Assembly: GCF_018977255.1 (NCBI RefSeq)
Contig: NW_024704743.1
Location: 102,178,001 to 102,242,000, forward strand
DNA: 64,000 bases
Direction: 5' to 3'
From: Callorhinchus milii
Taxonomy: Eukaryota
Shown piece after piece: positions 13,010 to 26,092 of the stretch. Position numbers and translations under genes: made by a program. Numbering within the stretch: the stretch's first letter is position 1; each line of letters opens with the position of its first letter. The notes under the pieces were generated by a model. It was given only the letters and a program-made list of their open reading frames with translations, was not told the origin of the DNA and searched no databases.

Positions 13010-13260
13010 AATACATTTCAATTTACATTTATATAACACCTTTTACATTGGGAGGATATCTCAAAGGGCTTGACAATGCTGGAGGGTCATCAGAGCTGGG
13101 GGTGGGAGTCGAGGTGGGGGTGTGGAGGGGAAAGATGTCCGAAAGCTCGGTCCAAAAGGTACATTGTGGGACATGTATTGAACAACAGGTGGGAGGGAGT
13201 CCAAGGGACTATGGGATAGGGTTTCAGAGAATTTGGGCAGAATAGCTGAAAGCCTGTAGG
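13010..13260 (-). mobile_element. Old L2 3' fragment
   Basis: ttacatttatataacacc...gggaggatatctcaaag tail and gggcagaatagctgaaagcc (RAFS-type segment in reverse). Confidence 0.6.
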
Positions 13261-13444
13261 ATTCCCCTGCAGAAATTAAATTTTACATTGCAAAGAGCTG
13301 TTTTACTGCCGATAAGCACCAATAATGTTACCCCCAAATAATGATATTCAGGAATATGACATACAGTTCTCATTTTCATAAGATAAGGGAAATGCTCAGC
13401 CTCTAGAACCAGAGCAGAGAAGAACAACAAGTTGATCCTTATTG

Positions 13445-14020
13445 TTAAAGCTATGAGCTATGAAGATCAACTGGATAATACAGGGATCTTTTTCTGTGAA
13501 AAGAGATATCTCAGAAAGGATCTCACAGATCCTTTCTTAAGAGGCTAAATAAGATTGAGAAAATAAACCTAGAAGAACAATATTCCTTGCATTTAAGATC
13601 ATGCTTTATCAGGATTTTACTGTTAAATACAGTGACTATGAATTTGCAGGTGATACTTTCAGATAATAATCCTTGCATTTGATATAGCGTCTTATCATAT
13701 CTTCGAGATATCTCAAAGTGCTTCACAGAATATACTGTAAAGTGAATTGACTGTATACATTTTTGTGGGCAAAACGCGACAGACAACTGCACACAGCAGA
13801 TACCCAATGTAAGATGCCAAGATAACAGTTGTGAAGAGCAAGTTTAGAACAGACATCAGGAAGTATTTATTTCTGCAGAAAATAATTAACACCTGGAACA
13901 AGTTACCAAGAAGGATGTTAGAGGCCGTCAAAAGTGATAGCTTGATACTGTATCAATGTTTCAATGTGAAGAGATGGGGAGGGTATTCTGCGAGGTTGAA
14001 ATCAAATGAGCTGAAACAGT
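13445..14020 (+). mobile_element. Old CR1 3' fragment interrupted by SINE sequence (about 13595-13808, minus strand)
   Basis: YEDQL...EKRYLRKDL before the SINE; KFRTDIRKYLFLQKIINTWNKLP after it. Confidence 0.7.
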
Positions 14021-15954
14021 AATGGGATGATGTGTAGACTACTCTATTATACAGTAATTGTGATCCTAACTAGATTGTAGCAATTATAATCATACAAATC
14101 TTTGCATTTTATATCGTGCTTTTGACGTTGGGATGTGGTCTCAAAGCACTTCAGGATTTATAGTAAAAATGCATTTGTTAGTTAAAATTATGCAGTAGTG
14201 GTTGTTTTCAATTTTTTAAAAGAAAAATATGTTTTTTTCTTCCCTGTTTTTAGATACAAAAAAAACACAAACCTTTCTTCAGCATCCCCCATGTCATCTC
14301 ACACATGCCATAACTCTGTATCCATAGCAACCGAAGATAAGAGTTCAAAATCTTTACAGCAATCCCTGTAGTTTAGCACTGACCAGGCAGACTGCTATAA
14401 ATCTCAGACAGGAGAAAAGAGACCCAAAGATTTCTGAGAAATGGTGGATTCATCTTTGACATAAGGTTAAATGGAATGAACCAGAGACCAGGGAGGCTTG
14501 AATCAAAACACAGCTCAGAGTCCAGAGACATGATTTCATGTGGAAGAAATATTTTGAGGATGGTGAACAAAAAATTGTTAAATGTCAGTCAAAGATACAG
14601 CATAGGGGAGAATGGAAATAGAAAATTTAAAAACAAAACTGCAAATTGATTACTTGGCAGAATTAAATTCTCTAGATAGAGTTGATCGTGGCTGTTTGTG
14701 GGACATTTCTGTGTGCAAATTGGCTGCCGCGTTCACCTGCAAATTACACAGTCACTACACGTTACAGTGATTCATGTGAAGTGCTTTGAGACCACCTCCT
14801 GACATGAATGGTAAAGATTAATAGTATTTTGTTTGTGTCAACATTTTTGATGACATGAGACCATGTCTCATAGCTGGAATCATATCTTGGCATTAAAATC
14901 GCTGTCTGTCAAGTTTCCCTCTGCTTCTACAGCGAGGACCACCGTACCCATTAGGGCTTTGGCTTGCAGAGTTACAGAAGCTAGGTTCTGTGACAGTAAT
15001 GCAATACAATTTAAACCAATTTTGGGGAGAATGTCAAAAGCCATAAACACAAATTAAATTGTTTTTAATTTTATAATTCAAACTATAAACTGTCATGGAT
15101 TGGTACCCAACCCCCCGGTGACTAGAGTCAGGGGTTTCAAGTCGGGAGGATAAAACCAGTATCCCGTTAATATTAATGAGTAAAATATGGACAAATCAAA
15201 CATAATTCAAGGTATTTATTGGCCACAAACATACAATTGACGACACTTCAAAGCCTTAAATGAAGTCACTAAAACAGCAAGGAAACTGAGCAATGAACAC
15301 AGGTTGAGTGGATAGATCAACTAATAGAAAAACTAGTTAAATGGAATAAATAAGGGAGTTGCTCCCCTTAATTACTTAGAAACATTTAAACATTGATCTC
15401 AAATGCCAATTTAGCCTGACAGTGCACAGTGGAATTCTGTCTGAAGGAAATCGCGTCAAAGCAGAGTTCCCACTGATCAGTATGCTGCACAACCAATTAC
15501 AATCAAGATTTGATAGTTACGTTACAATGCTTGTTGTGCCCCTTAGCTACCATCCCCATCTCACGTTATCATTATCAATGCACTCCGGGACTTTCTACTG
15601 ACGTGTGAGGCTTTATATAAATGTATATTGTACTGTATTGTGATCTCTGCATTTCACCCCAATAAATAAAGAACTAAAGGGGGTTGGAGAAGCACACAAT
15701 ATAAGTGGTACAGTGAAGGAAATGGAAATTAAAAGAATAGAAGAGAATGGAAAACAGCAACTCATACTGGAACAAGCCTTTTATATACACAAAGAAGCAA
15801 AATAGAAGTGCACAAAATACAAAACACAACAGGTGCCATAATAACATGCAAATGTGATAAATAACCTCTTCAGGTTTGACCTTTTAACATTGTCAATACA
15901 TCTCAAAGCCTTCTACAGGATTTTTAATGTGAAGTGTAGTGATTGTATTTTGTA

Positions 15955-16123
15955 GACCATTAGTGGCCAACCAGGGGACCATTAGTGGTCCACGGGATGG
16001 AAGTGGCTCACGGAATATTAGTAATAGTCTAGGTAAGTCTGTGTTCATTCAAGTATGTTTCCAGTTTTTTCTTGATTGAATATTTCTTGATTTATGGCTG
16101 ATCAAAAAGGTTGGTCACCATTG
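15955..16123. mobile_element. hAT-Charlie-like non-autonomous DNA transposon remnant
   Basis: Right end aaaaaggttggtcaccattg followed by ttctaga resembles a Charlie terminus and its TCTAGA target; left end degenerate (tagtggccaacc) with gaccattagtgg duplicated. Confidence 0.45.
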
Positions 16124-17739
16124 TTCTAGATAAACATTATCCAGTTCATATGCTTGCTGATGATTTGAGTCAAAAAATTTTTTTGATTAATCTTGTGCTC
16201 GGGAAACCTTCAATAAAGCCACACCAGAAATACTAGAGGGAACAACTGTATCTGAGCAGTCTATTGTGCTCCACAGAAATATGATTGTCAAACTAATTTA
16301 AACTGGTCAAATTAAAGTTAGTTATCTCTTTTTTTAATTTCAGTATCCAACTTGATTTTTGGACTAATCCTTGAACTTGTTGCAGTCCAGCCAGAAAAAT
16401 ATCCTTTCGCCTTGTCCTTCTGAATTTTTTCTCCTTAATTTTTTGTTTTGTGGATTCACAAACCTCTATTTCCCCCGTTTCAGGACCAAAAAAGATCATA
16501 GCTTTCATATACAATTTCTCCACTTCCAACAGGCTGCAAATTTGACATGACAGGTTCACAGCTGCAGAAAAACCTCTCACACCAAGGTGCTTAGACTATT
16601 ATTGATAGAATCCTGCTTCTCACAGTGCTATCTCAGGGCACATCACTGAAGCAGCTCAGGCACCAACCATCCTCTACAACAAGACATGCTCCGATTTTAA
16701 AGCTGTCTGAGAATGATCAATAAGTTAACGCATCTAAGAAAAACAAAACCAGCAAAAATAAGTAGTTAGTTTATAATGATTGAATACAATGAATATTGAA
16801 CTTGTTAATTTGATCAAAAATGTGTTTTTTTTCATACAAGCAACACCAAAGATGATACATTGAAAGTAGTGACATGATGCTGGCCACTATAGATTGTTAT
16901 TACATTGCATGCAATACATTTTCTTCCCTGCGTTTCTGTAAAATTTATGAGTATAACAATGAATACAAGAGAAATGTCCTGGATCCTTAAAATATTGCAA
17001 TGCTGCTGCGCTGCTGCTGAACTTGAAGTGAGTTGTTATGCTGTAATTTATAACTTGATGCTGTAATGGGAAGACAAAATAAGGTGGGAATTCTAGAAGG
17101 AAGAGATCAAATGGGCTGAAAGGTTTTTGTTCATCCGAACCTCTCTTGCGATATCAAGAAATATCTGAAAGGAACTTCTAAGAGTCAAAATTTTGACTTG
17201 GCAGAAGTGTAACTGACCTTGCAGCAGACATCCTGTTATAAAGCACAAACTGGTAAGTTTGGAAATAAACCAGGGAATTAAACCTTTACTTTGTGACTAG
17301 TTTTAGATAGATATTTACTTCACTTTTTTTATGTTCCCCTATCCAATACTTTCCACTCCTCTCTTTTACAGGTACTGAGTAAATAATTCCCAAATAATCA
17401 TTCATCATCTGGGAGCTCAGTCAATGGGTTTGTTTTGCCTGCAGAGCCATCAAAGTCCAGCCCAACTCTGTTCCGAGGTAAAATATGCACCTGCTCAAGG
17501 AATATTGGATTGTGATCACAACAGGAACCCTAGCCCGATGTTTCCCCCCTTTCCTCCAAATCAGGAGCACTGAGGCCAATTAAAGTGCTCCTGCCACTAC
17601 ATTGTCTGAGGAGAGCAACTCAGCACATACATTCAAACAGGGAGCCTTCTGTGTTTTATGTCTTTTATTCTTTGGGTCTCTAAAATTATAAGCAGACATT
17701 TATGTGAAAATAAATTAGTGACAATGTAATAAGGCATTA

Positions 17740-18985
17740 TATTATAATAATCCTTGCATTTTAATGAGGCACCTTACCACATTGTCAAGATGTCTCAAAG
17801 CACTTCACTGGATTTTATTGTGAAATGTAGTGACTGGATTTGTAAGAAAATGTGGCAATCAATTTGTACATAGCAATGTCCCACTGTAAGATTATATTTG
17901 TGATTTTTAATGTTTTTTAAGGCTTTTAATTAATCTTTATATGCATTTAGAATGTAGCCTACCTATAATTCTTTAATAAGGTTTGTTTGATAGAATTACT
18001 AGCTTAGCAGGGATAAAAGTAGCTTTGCTGGATGGGTTGAGGTTTATTTTATGTAGATGTAAGAACAATGGACCACAGAAAGAAAAGGCTACAGCCTCAG
18101 ACTCCTGCCTATCTCAATGCTGAGAAGCAAGCAGGCTGTGGCAGGCTGCCCAAACGTTGTCCATATGTTTCTCCTTATCAGATATTTTCCCATGCGAAAA
18201 GAGCCTGCTCAAAGATCACCAGCAGCCTGCGAATGGTGGGGAATATCTCTGTGACCAGGGGGAGGTGGAGTTAAAAACACATAAAAGGAAGATGTAACTT
18301 TGAAATAGTTGGAGTTGTGTAGAGGGTCAGAACACTTCCCAGTGGAATCAATATTGATTCTACTGTATCTATGTATATGTGCAGGGGGAGGGAATTAACC
18401 TCCAGTAAGAAAGTGACCATGAAAAGTGAAAGAGGAGGAGTAGTGGGTAATATGTTTTTGGTTCTGTCTGCTAGGCAGAGAAGTTGGTCTGTTTGAAACA
18501 CAGAAGTCAGGTTAGATAGTACGAGTGAGGTGCTGGGCTAAGAGCTTCTTGTTTCTGCTGGGTTTCCAGGAGCCACTCTCTGTGACTCGATGTGATATTT
18601 CTGTGATCTTTCCAGTGTATGTCAAGGTGTGATCTCAGGTCTACTGTTTAATCTGGAATATGAAACAGTGCCTGGATATGTGTTGTTGTCCTGCATCGTC
18701 AGTACTACTGTTGTTGTGTATGACTGTTATATTGTTATTGTGTTGTTATATATAGTATGATTTGATTACAGATTGTTAAACCTTATGTTTCATCTTATGC
18801 AATAAACTCTATACTCTTACCACTGCCTGTCGAATTATTTAGGGTTTACACCGCAAACAGCCATAAAGTGAATGACTAATTTTATCTTGTAGATTTTTCT
18901 TCAGAACACTGGGAGAAACTTTCTTCTCCTTTCAAACAATGCCATGGGATCTTTAACATCCACCTGAACAGGCAGATGGGACCTT
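17740..18985 (-). mobile_element. DeuSINE-like copy split by a solo LTR
   Basis: The SINE motif gcaatgtcccac^aaacagcc is interrupted at 17884/18855; SINE sequence continues to catccacctgaacaggcaga. Confidence 0.8.
17885..18850 (+). mobile_element. Solo LTR (966 bp), Gypsy- or ERV-type
   Basis: TG...CA termini (tgtaag...gtttaca), flanks ccac/ccgc, TATA-like ataaaa near 18281, aataaa at 18801; core shared with 36113-36800. Confidence 0.8.
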
Positions 18986-19120
18986 CTTCTGCTTCCAAAT
19001 TTCACTTATAATCTTGTGATATTAGATAGAGTTACATAGAACACTGAAGCACGGAAACAGGCCATTCAGTCTAACTGTTCCATGTTGATGTTAATACTCC
19101 ACACAAACCCTCCCTTTGTA

Positions 19121-19409
19121 TTGTGGAGTCCTGTAACTCAGTGCTTAGAGCACTCATCTTGCAAGCGAGAGACCTGGGTTCAATTCCCGGCAGGGCGAAA
19201 CCTTGGGCAAGTTTCCTTACTCCACACACCTAATAATAATCACTCCAAAAAAAACAATAAATTGGTCATTTTCAATCCGTGACTGTTTGTGCGAAACTGC
19301 TGATGCGTTTCGCCCACAAATATATGGTCAATTCACTTTGCAGCATATTCTGTGAAGCACTTTGAGACGTGACAAGTGCTATATCAAATGCAGGATTATT
19401 ATTATTATT
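19121..19409 (+). mobile_element. tRNA-headed SINE, second head type, short form
   Basis: A-box-like taactcagtgcttagagc, B-box ggttcaattccc, Deu-like 3' body, (ATT)n; sits within a CR1-type tail remnant starting near 19030. Confidence 0.85.
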
Positions 19410-19544
19410 CCCTTCTCCCTCATGATATATCATCAATGAAGTTTTGCATTCTTAAACATTGACCATAGTCGGTTAAATATCAAATCTCTTAAAAATAAAA
19501 TGGTATTTACTTATATATTTGCATGCTAATATCACATTAAAGCT

Positions 19545-19715
19545 ACATCCCTACCACAGGCCCCAGCTCGGGTGGCTGGGCAGCACTGTCTAGCCTTGGG
19601 ATGTCCTCCCGATGTGAAAGGCGCTATACAAATGTAATTTTGTTGTTGTTGTTGTCTAGTGCTTTGAGGTGTCCTCCCCATTTGAAAGGCGCTATACAAA
19701 TATAAATTGTATTGT
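19545..19715 (+). mobile_element. Two L2 3' tails in tandem
   Basis: gaaaggcgctatacaaat occurs twice, separated by (TTG)n. Confidence 0.75.
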
Positions 19716-20413
19716 GTGGTACACATTAGCCTAACCATTTAACTGACTTGAGTACAAATATACCAACAATAATGTTGTTATTCCTCTGTTAAGTTCATTT
19801 GACAAACTTTGTTTGAGCCTTTCATGAACTATATGATGCATTGCATAGTGATTGACAATATAATAGAAAGAGAGAGTATTTTTCGGCATTTATATTAAAA
19901 GTCACTGTTGACTAGAGATGATGGATTACCAGTTTCAATGCATTCTAGATTACCTGTGCAGTTTGTATAATTATTACTAAAGTCCCATGAGTGACTTGGC
20001 TTGGAAATGAGTGTATAATATGGGATATTTCAGTTTCATTAATATTTTGCAACTGATTCAATCAGAAAATGATGAGTGTGATGGATAACAATGAATCCTC
20101 TAGTTTTTCAATTCTGCAATAATATGTACCCAGAATTCATCCATTTCACAATGTCCAAAAGAGTTCATTAACATTCTATAAATTCAGTAGTGTTTGTCTT
20201 ATTAAGTTATCAAGATGCCAGCCTTCTCATTTGATAGTATTCTCGTCTTTGAGTCAAAAGGTTGCATATTCAAACCCACATCCAGACTTTGAACTCATTT
20301 GACACTTCAAATCAGTGCTGGGGTTGTGCTACATTGTTGGAGTGCTATCCTTCTGATAAGATTTTATACCATATTCATGTCTGCCTTTTCAGGTGGATGT
20401 GAAAGATCCCGTG

Positions 20414-21138
20414 GGGACCATATCACTCCCACCCTCGCTCGCCTTCCATCACCTCCGGAATATCGCCAGACTACGGCACTACCTCACCCCTCACGCTGCT
20501 GAAACTCTGGTCCACGCCTTTATCAGTTCAAGGCTGGACTATGGGAACTCTCTCCTCGCCGGCCTTCCCGGCACCTCCCTCCACAAGCTGCAGGTCATTC
20601 AGAACTCTGCAGCTCGTGTACTGTCCCGCACCAGGCTTCGGGACCACATCGCTCCCACCCTCGCTCGCCTCCACTGGCTCCCCATCCCCCAGAGGATCGA
20701 TTTCAAGATCCTCATCCTCACCTACAAGGCCATTCACGGCCTTGCTCCCTCCTGCCTCTCCGACCTACTATCCCCCTACCTACCTGCCCGTACCCTCCGT
20801 TCCTCTGGCTCCGGTCTGCTCCACATCCCCCGCCCCAGCCGCCCTACCATCGGTGACCGGGCCTTCAGCCTCTCAGCCCCGAGGCTCTGGAACTCTATCC
20901 CCCAGTGCCTTCGCCGCCTCCTCCCTTTCCTCCTTCAAGGCCGGTCCCAAGACCTTTCTCTTTGACAGTGCCTTCAGCTCCCCTCTCAACTCTCTATCCC
21001 CTCCTCGCTCCCTCCCTCCCCTCCCCCTGACCATTTCCCCCCTGCTTGGCTCCTGACCCAAATGTACAGCGCCTTGGGACGTCCTCCCGACATGAAAGGC
21101 GCTCTATAAATGGAATCTTGTTATTGTTGTTGTTGTTG
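20414..21138 (+). mobile_element. Young 5'-truncated L2 LINE nested in a DeuSINE-like copy (20218-21270)
   Basis: ORF2 C-terminal frame (SRLDYGNSLL...LHWLPIPQRIDFK) near-identical to 28570-29272; (TTG)n tail; SINE sequence on both sides. Confidence 0.95.
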
Positions 21139-21449
21139 ATGTCTAGGTGCAAATTTGATGTGTTCGCCTGCAAAATACACAGTCACTACATTTTACAGTA
21201 GATCGTGTGAAGCACTTTGAAATGTCCTCCCACTGTGAAAGAACGCCATGAAACACAAGCATTATTATTAACTTATTTCTAAACAGCAAGGCTTAAGTAC
21301 TCCAGCAATCCACTTGTTATTTTCCCAGAAGAAAATAGGAGCCAGAGCACGTACTTGTGAGACACACCTCAAAGTAGCCTGCAGCCATGGCTAACTCCAA
21401 AGGTTGGCGAAAAAGAAACAAAAAAGCTTATAAAATAAATGGGAAAGGT

Positions 21450-24340
21450 AAACAAACTTGTACTTGCATTAAGGCAAGTCTGACAAACAAGATGCGTGAT
21501 CTGGAAGGTCCTGTAGGGGGTGATAGATTGGACATTGTTAGCATCACATATAGATGGTGGAATGAATCCAATCAATGAGATATGCATCTGGAAGGTTATA
21601 AACTGTTTAGGAGGGTCCATATTGGGAGAAGAGGAGGTGGCACTATATATAAGCTCCATTATTGACACACAACTGAAAGATGATATAAAAAAGGAAAGGG
21701 CAGACACAGAATCACATTGGGTAGAATTAAAAGATGGTAACAGATGTAAGCTACTACTGGGGTTAGTTATAGACCCCAAGACAGGGTGAAAACATTGATC
21801 TGGAACTGTGGGTTGAGATAAGGAAGGCTACTAGTAAGGGACCAACGATAGTAGTTGGAGATTTTAAATTGATTGGGATAATAATGTGTCTACTGGTAAA
21901 ATAGGGAAGGAGTTTCTAGAGTTAAAGGAAGACTGTTTCATGACTCAGTTTGTAAAAAGATCCAACAAGGGGAGATAACATCTTGAATTTGATAATGAGC
22001 AACAGGGACGACCAAATCTCCAACATAAGGGTGGGAGAAGCATTAAGCATTAAGCAACAGCGATCACAATGCAGTCACATTTGACATCACTAGAGTTAGC
22101 GAGGTTTTAAAAACCCAAACAAAACTGCCAAATTTCAAGAGAACTGACTTTGTGCACTTGAGAAATCTAGTTGGAATGGGCCTGGCAGGCTTAAATCTAG
22201 TAATAGAAATGGAGGACCTATAGAGTTCAAGGAGGTGATTATGAAGGCAATGGAACAACGTGCACCCATGTAAAGCAAAGATACCCAGCTTAAAAGCACT
22301 CCTGCCTGGTTGGATGGGAATGCAAAGCAAATCATAAAAGGGAAAGAAAAGCATTTAAGGCCATGAAGAAAAATGGTACAGAAATAAATCAGACTCAATA
22401 CCAAAAGACATGCCAGGACTGTAAAAAAAAAGGCATCAGAATGGCAAAGAAAAGCTTTGATTTGAATATGGCAAGAGATGTGAAGGATAATAACAAAACA
22501 TTTTTTAGTTACATTAAGAGTAGAAAGAAAACAAGCAATGGAATAGGGCCACTGAAGGTGGGTTCGGGAGACAACATGACAACTAATGCTGCACAGGCTG
22601 CAATAGTGCTAAATAAGTTTTTTGCATCAATCTTTACCAAGGAGGAGACGGGTAACCTATCTGATCTGAAAGTGAACTCAAGGATGTCGCAGAGAAAGTT
22701 GCGATACTATTTATATCATTGTCAGCATAGTTGCCAAAAAGCTGTTTAGGCTTAAGGTAAATAAATCTCAGGGGGCGGATAAATTGCATCCGAGGATCCT
22801 TAAGGAACTAAGGGAGGAAGTCGCAGAAACGCTGACATAAATCTTTCAAAAATCACTGAATACTAGAGAGGTGTCGGAGGACTGGAGAAAGGCAGATGTT
22901 ACTTCTATTTTTAAGAAAGGTAACAAAAGTGACCCAGGAACCTACGGAGCAGTACGTTTGACGTCCATTGTGGGTAAAATTATGGAGACAGTTATTAAGG
23001 ATAAAATCATGGAACATTTGGACAGAAATAAAATCATGAATGATAGCCAATATGGGTTCATGAAGGGAAGGGCTTGCCAATCTAATTTACTGGTTTTCTT
23101 TGACAGTGTGACAAGGGAGCTTAATAAGGATAAGGCTGTGGGTGTTGTACATCTGGATTTCAGTAAGGTCTTTGATACAGTTCCTCTTGAGAGCTTGATA
23201 CTGAAAATAAAGAAAGCAGGAATCAGTGGAAGTATATTATAAAGGATATGCAATTGGTTGACCGGAAGAACCCAGAGGGTGGTGGTACAGGGAATGTCAT
23301 CCGACTGGGAAAATGTTACCAGTGGAGTTCTACAAGGGTCTGTTTTGGGACCTCTTTTGTTTAATATTTTTATAAATGATCTGGAACTAGGAGTCTCAAA
23401 CACTATGGCTAAGTTTGCAGATGATGCCAGATGAAGCTGTTTGCTGCGACAAAGTGGAGTCGGTGTGAAAGATAGGACCTGAACCGGTCAAGGACGGACC
23501 TTGAAGGTTGAGGTGGGAGGAGAGGTGGTGGAGAAGGATTGAGTGGTCCACGGTGTCAAAGGCAGCGGAGAGATCGAGGAGGAGGTCAACAGAGGGAGCC
23601 CTGGTCGCACATGGTCAGGATGTCATTTGTGACCTTGACCAGAGAAGTTTCCGTGCTGTGGACAGCACGGAAACCCGATTGGCAGGGTTCATGGAGGGAG
23701 TGGGAGGAGAGGAAAGAGCGAAACTGGGAGGCAACTGCGCTCTCAATGACCTTGGATAGGAAAAGGAGATTTGAGATGCGCCGGTAGCTAGATAGCTGTG
23801 ATAGGTCAAGGGAAGCCTTCTTCAAGGTGGGGGTGATGATGGCTGTTTTGAAGGGGGAAGGAACAGTGCCATATGACAGAGAGAGGTTGATGATGTCGGT
23901 GAGTAGTAAGGCAAGGAGGTGGAACTGGAATTTTAGGAGGGGTTGGAGATGGGGTCCAGGAAGCAGGTGGTGGGCTTCATGGAGGGATTCTTTAAGATTC
24001 TAAAGGGGCAAGACAATATAGTTCATAATAGGCTGTTTCAACTTATCCAGAATAGTAAACCCAGATGACATGGCCTGCAATTGAGGGGGTAAATTCAGAA
24101 CGAATCTACGCAAAGACTATTTCTGTGAACAAATAGTGAACCTGTGAAACAGGCTCCCTAGGTAGACAGTTCAAAGAGGAAGTGTTGATTCTCTCAAACA
24201 GATAGTTTTCTTTTAGGAAATAACATTATGGGATGTAGTACATCGGTAGTTTGGGACATGTGTGCATGCGTCCGCCAGAAAAGTAGAAGGCGAGCTAGAT
24301 GGACCTTGGTCTTTTTCGTCTAGCATTTCTTATGTTCTTA
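21450..24340 (+). pseudogene. Decayed CR1 LINE spanning most of ORF2 (APE endonuclease and RT) plus 3' tail
   Basis: ASLTNKM, NNKTFFSYI, EDWRKADVTSIFKKG, QYGFMKGR, LDFSKVFD, QGSVLGP, FADD; tail gatggaccttggtctttt...tcttatgttctta; many stops and frameshifts. Confidence 0.9.
23430..23985 (-). mobile_element. Internal L2 RT fragment without 3' tail, inside the CR1 and opposite to it
   Basis: SYRRISNLLFLSKVIE...QSGFRAVHSTETSLVKV...DLSAAFDTVDH on the minus strand. Confidence 0.9.
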
Positions 24341-24639
24341 ATATATGAAATAATATAAGAGTTTCTTTCATTTAAGGTCTAGAAGTATAATAACCCTTGC
24401 ATTTGATATAGTGCCTTTTCAGGTCTTTGAGACGTTTCACAGAATGTATGGTAAAGTGAATTTGTATACTGCAAAGTGTATATTTTGAGCGCTAATGTAG
24501 CAGCTGATTTGCAGACAGCAATGTCCCACCAACAGTCTTGAAGAAGTTGTTGGCTAGGACAGAGATTATTAACATTATTATTGTTATATAAGCATCAACA
24601 TATCTCTAAGTGAGATAAATGTCCACAATCCTTGCCTTT

Positions 24640-25445
24640 AGAATCCATTTTTGTTAAACCTGCCCAAACTGTGAATTATTTTCTGTGTAAATTAATGGTG
24701 TTTGGACGAAAATTGCTCTTCATATCCCTGAATCTGTGACCCATCTTAATGTCAGGAATCTGTTTTTACTGGCTTGCTGTATCTGAAAATATTACTCTTG
24801 TTTTGTATATACCATAAAGTTCTCTCTGAGACATAATTTTTCTTTGGTAAGATTCCTAGCTTATCTAGTCATTCCTGATAGCTCATCCCATAGATCCTTG
24901 GAATTATCCTAACTATTCTTCTCTTCTCTATTTCTAGAATATGGACTTCCCTGTTATATCAGTCACCAGAACTGTATGTATTACTCTAAGTCAACCCTAA
25001 CCAAAATACTGGTTCAGCATGACATCTGGGAATCTGAACTCAACTAATTGGTCAATATAGTTGCCTCACGTTGTTTCAATTTATTGAACTACAAGTAATT
25101 GATACCTTTGAGTCTCTTTTAACTTCCCCCATGGTAAGTTATATTCCATCCATGTCTCCTATTTTACTTCCTAAATGCAATTATTTGTTTTGAGGCTCAT
25201 TTGGCAGCATTGTGTCCAGGTTCATATCATGTAAAGCTTTCTCATGGCATCTTTGTAGTCCCTTCTGATTCCACAGTTCCCATTAATAATGTCATCTGCA
25301 AATGTAATTACCTTGGGCCCATGAACCCAGGTCACCACAGACCCCTGAGGCACTGAAGTCAATAAATCTCTCCTTTTGACCTAGCTCCCTGATGCTTATC
25401 CTTTGCTTACTTTGCTTGTCAGTGTCTAATCCACCTTCACATTTA
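24640..25445 (-). mobile_element. Highly decayed CR1 fragment
   Basis: gtcatctgcaaat (FADD in reverse) near 25291; cagtcaccagaactgtatgtattactc (EY..QFW in reverse). Confidence 0.55.
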
Positions 25446-25589
25446 GCTTTAAACAAAATTAGTTGGCAGCAGGGTGTGCAGTCGAGGAAACTTCACATGA
25501 TCCCATGAGTATAGGCTCCAGTGGTTTAGTTGCAAGTCTGCAGCTGTTTTGGCTAATGGTCCTGTAGGGAAGGGTTTATAAACCCTGGC

Positions 25590-26092
25590 AATAAGAACGT
25601 AAGAATTTGCTAAAGAATACCAAGGTCCATCCAGTTTTTCTTCCACTATCCTGACATTCATATGACATGTCATGTCCCAACTATATATTTTATCCTGAGA
25701 TATTGTTTCCTGTCTATCTAATTTGTTCAAAAGAATCAACAGTTTCTGCTTCCACCATCTCCCTAGGGAGTCTGTACCCTCGCTCAATGAAGTAGTGTTT
25801 CCAAGTTGTTCTGAATTTACCCCACTTCAATCGCAGACCTTGTCCTCTGGTTCTACTGTTCAGTAGAAGATAAAGCAGCTCATCATGGTCTACATTATCT
25901 AGTCCCTTCAGAATCTTAAAGACTGTTATCATATCACCCCTCAATCTTCTCTTCTCCATTGTGAACATGGCCAGTTTATTTAATTACTCCTCATTGTCCA
26001 GTCCCTCCATTCCCTCAATCATTTTGGTTGCCCTTCTCTGTATCCTCTCAATCACTGCAATATATTTTTTTTATTGCAGTGACCAGAACTTC
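25590..26092 (-). mobile_element. CR1 3' fragment of the same family as 21450-24340
   Basis: EKRRLRGDMITVFKILKGLD; tail ccaaggtccatc...aagaacgtaagaa matches the 24290-24340 tail in reverse. Confidence 0.85.

Noticed and set aside
15091..15526. Possible third solo LTR on the minus strand (tgtca start, tttatt nearby, gttaca end)
   Set aside because: Flanks aaac and atgc do not form a TSD, and there is no second copy in the window
17330..17660. Possible ancient SINE-like repeat, perhaps related to 48050-48260
   Set aside because: Similarity too weak to confirm or name by eye
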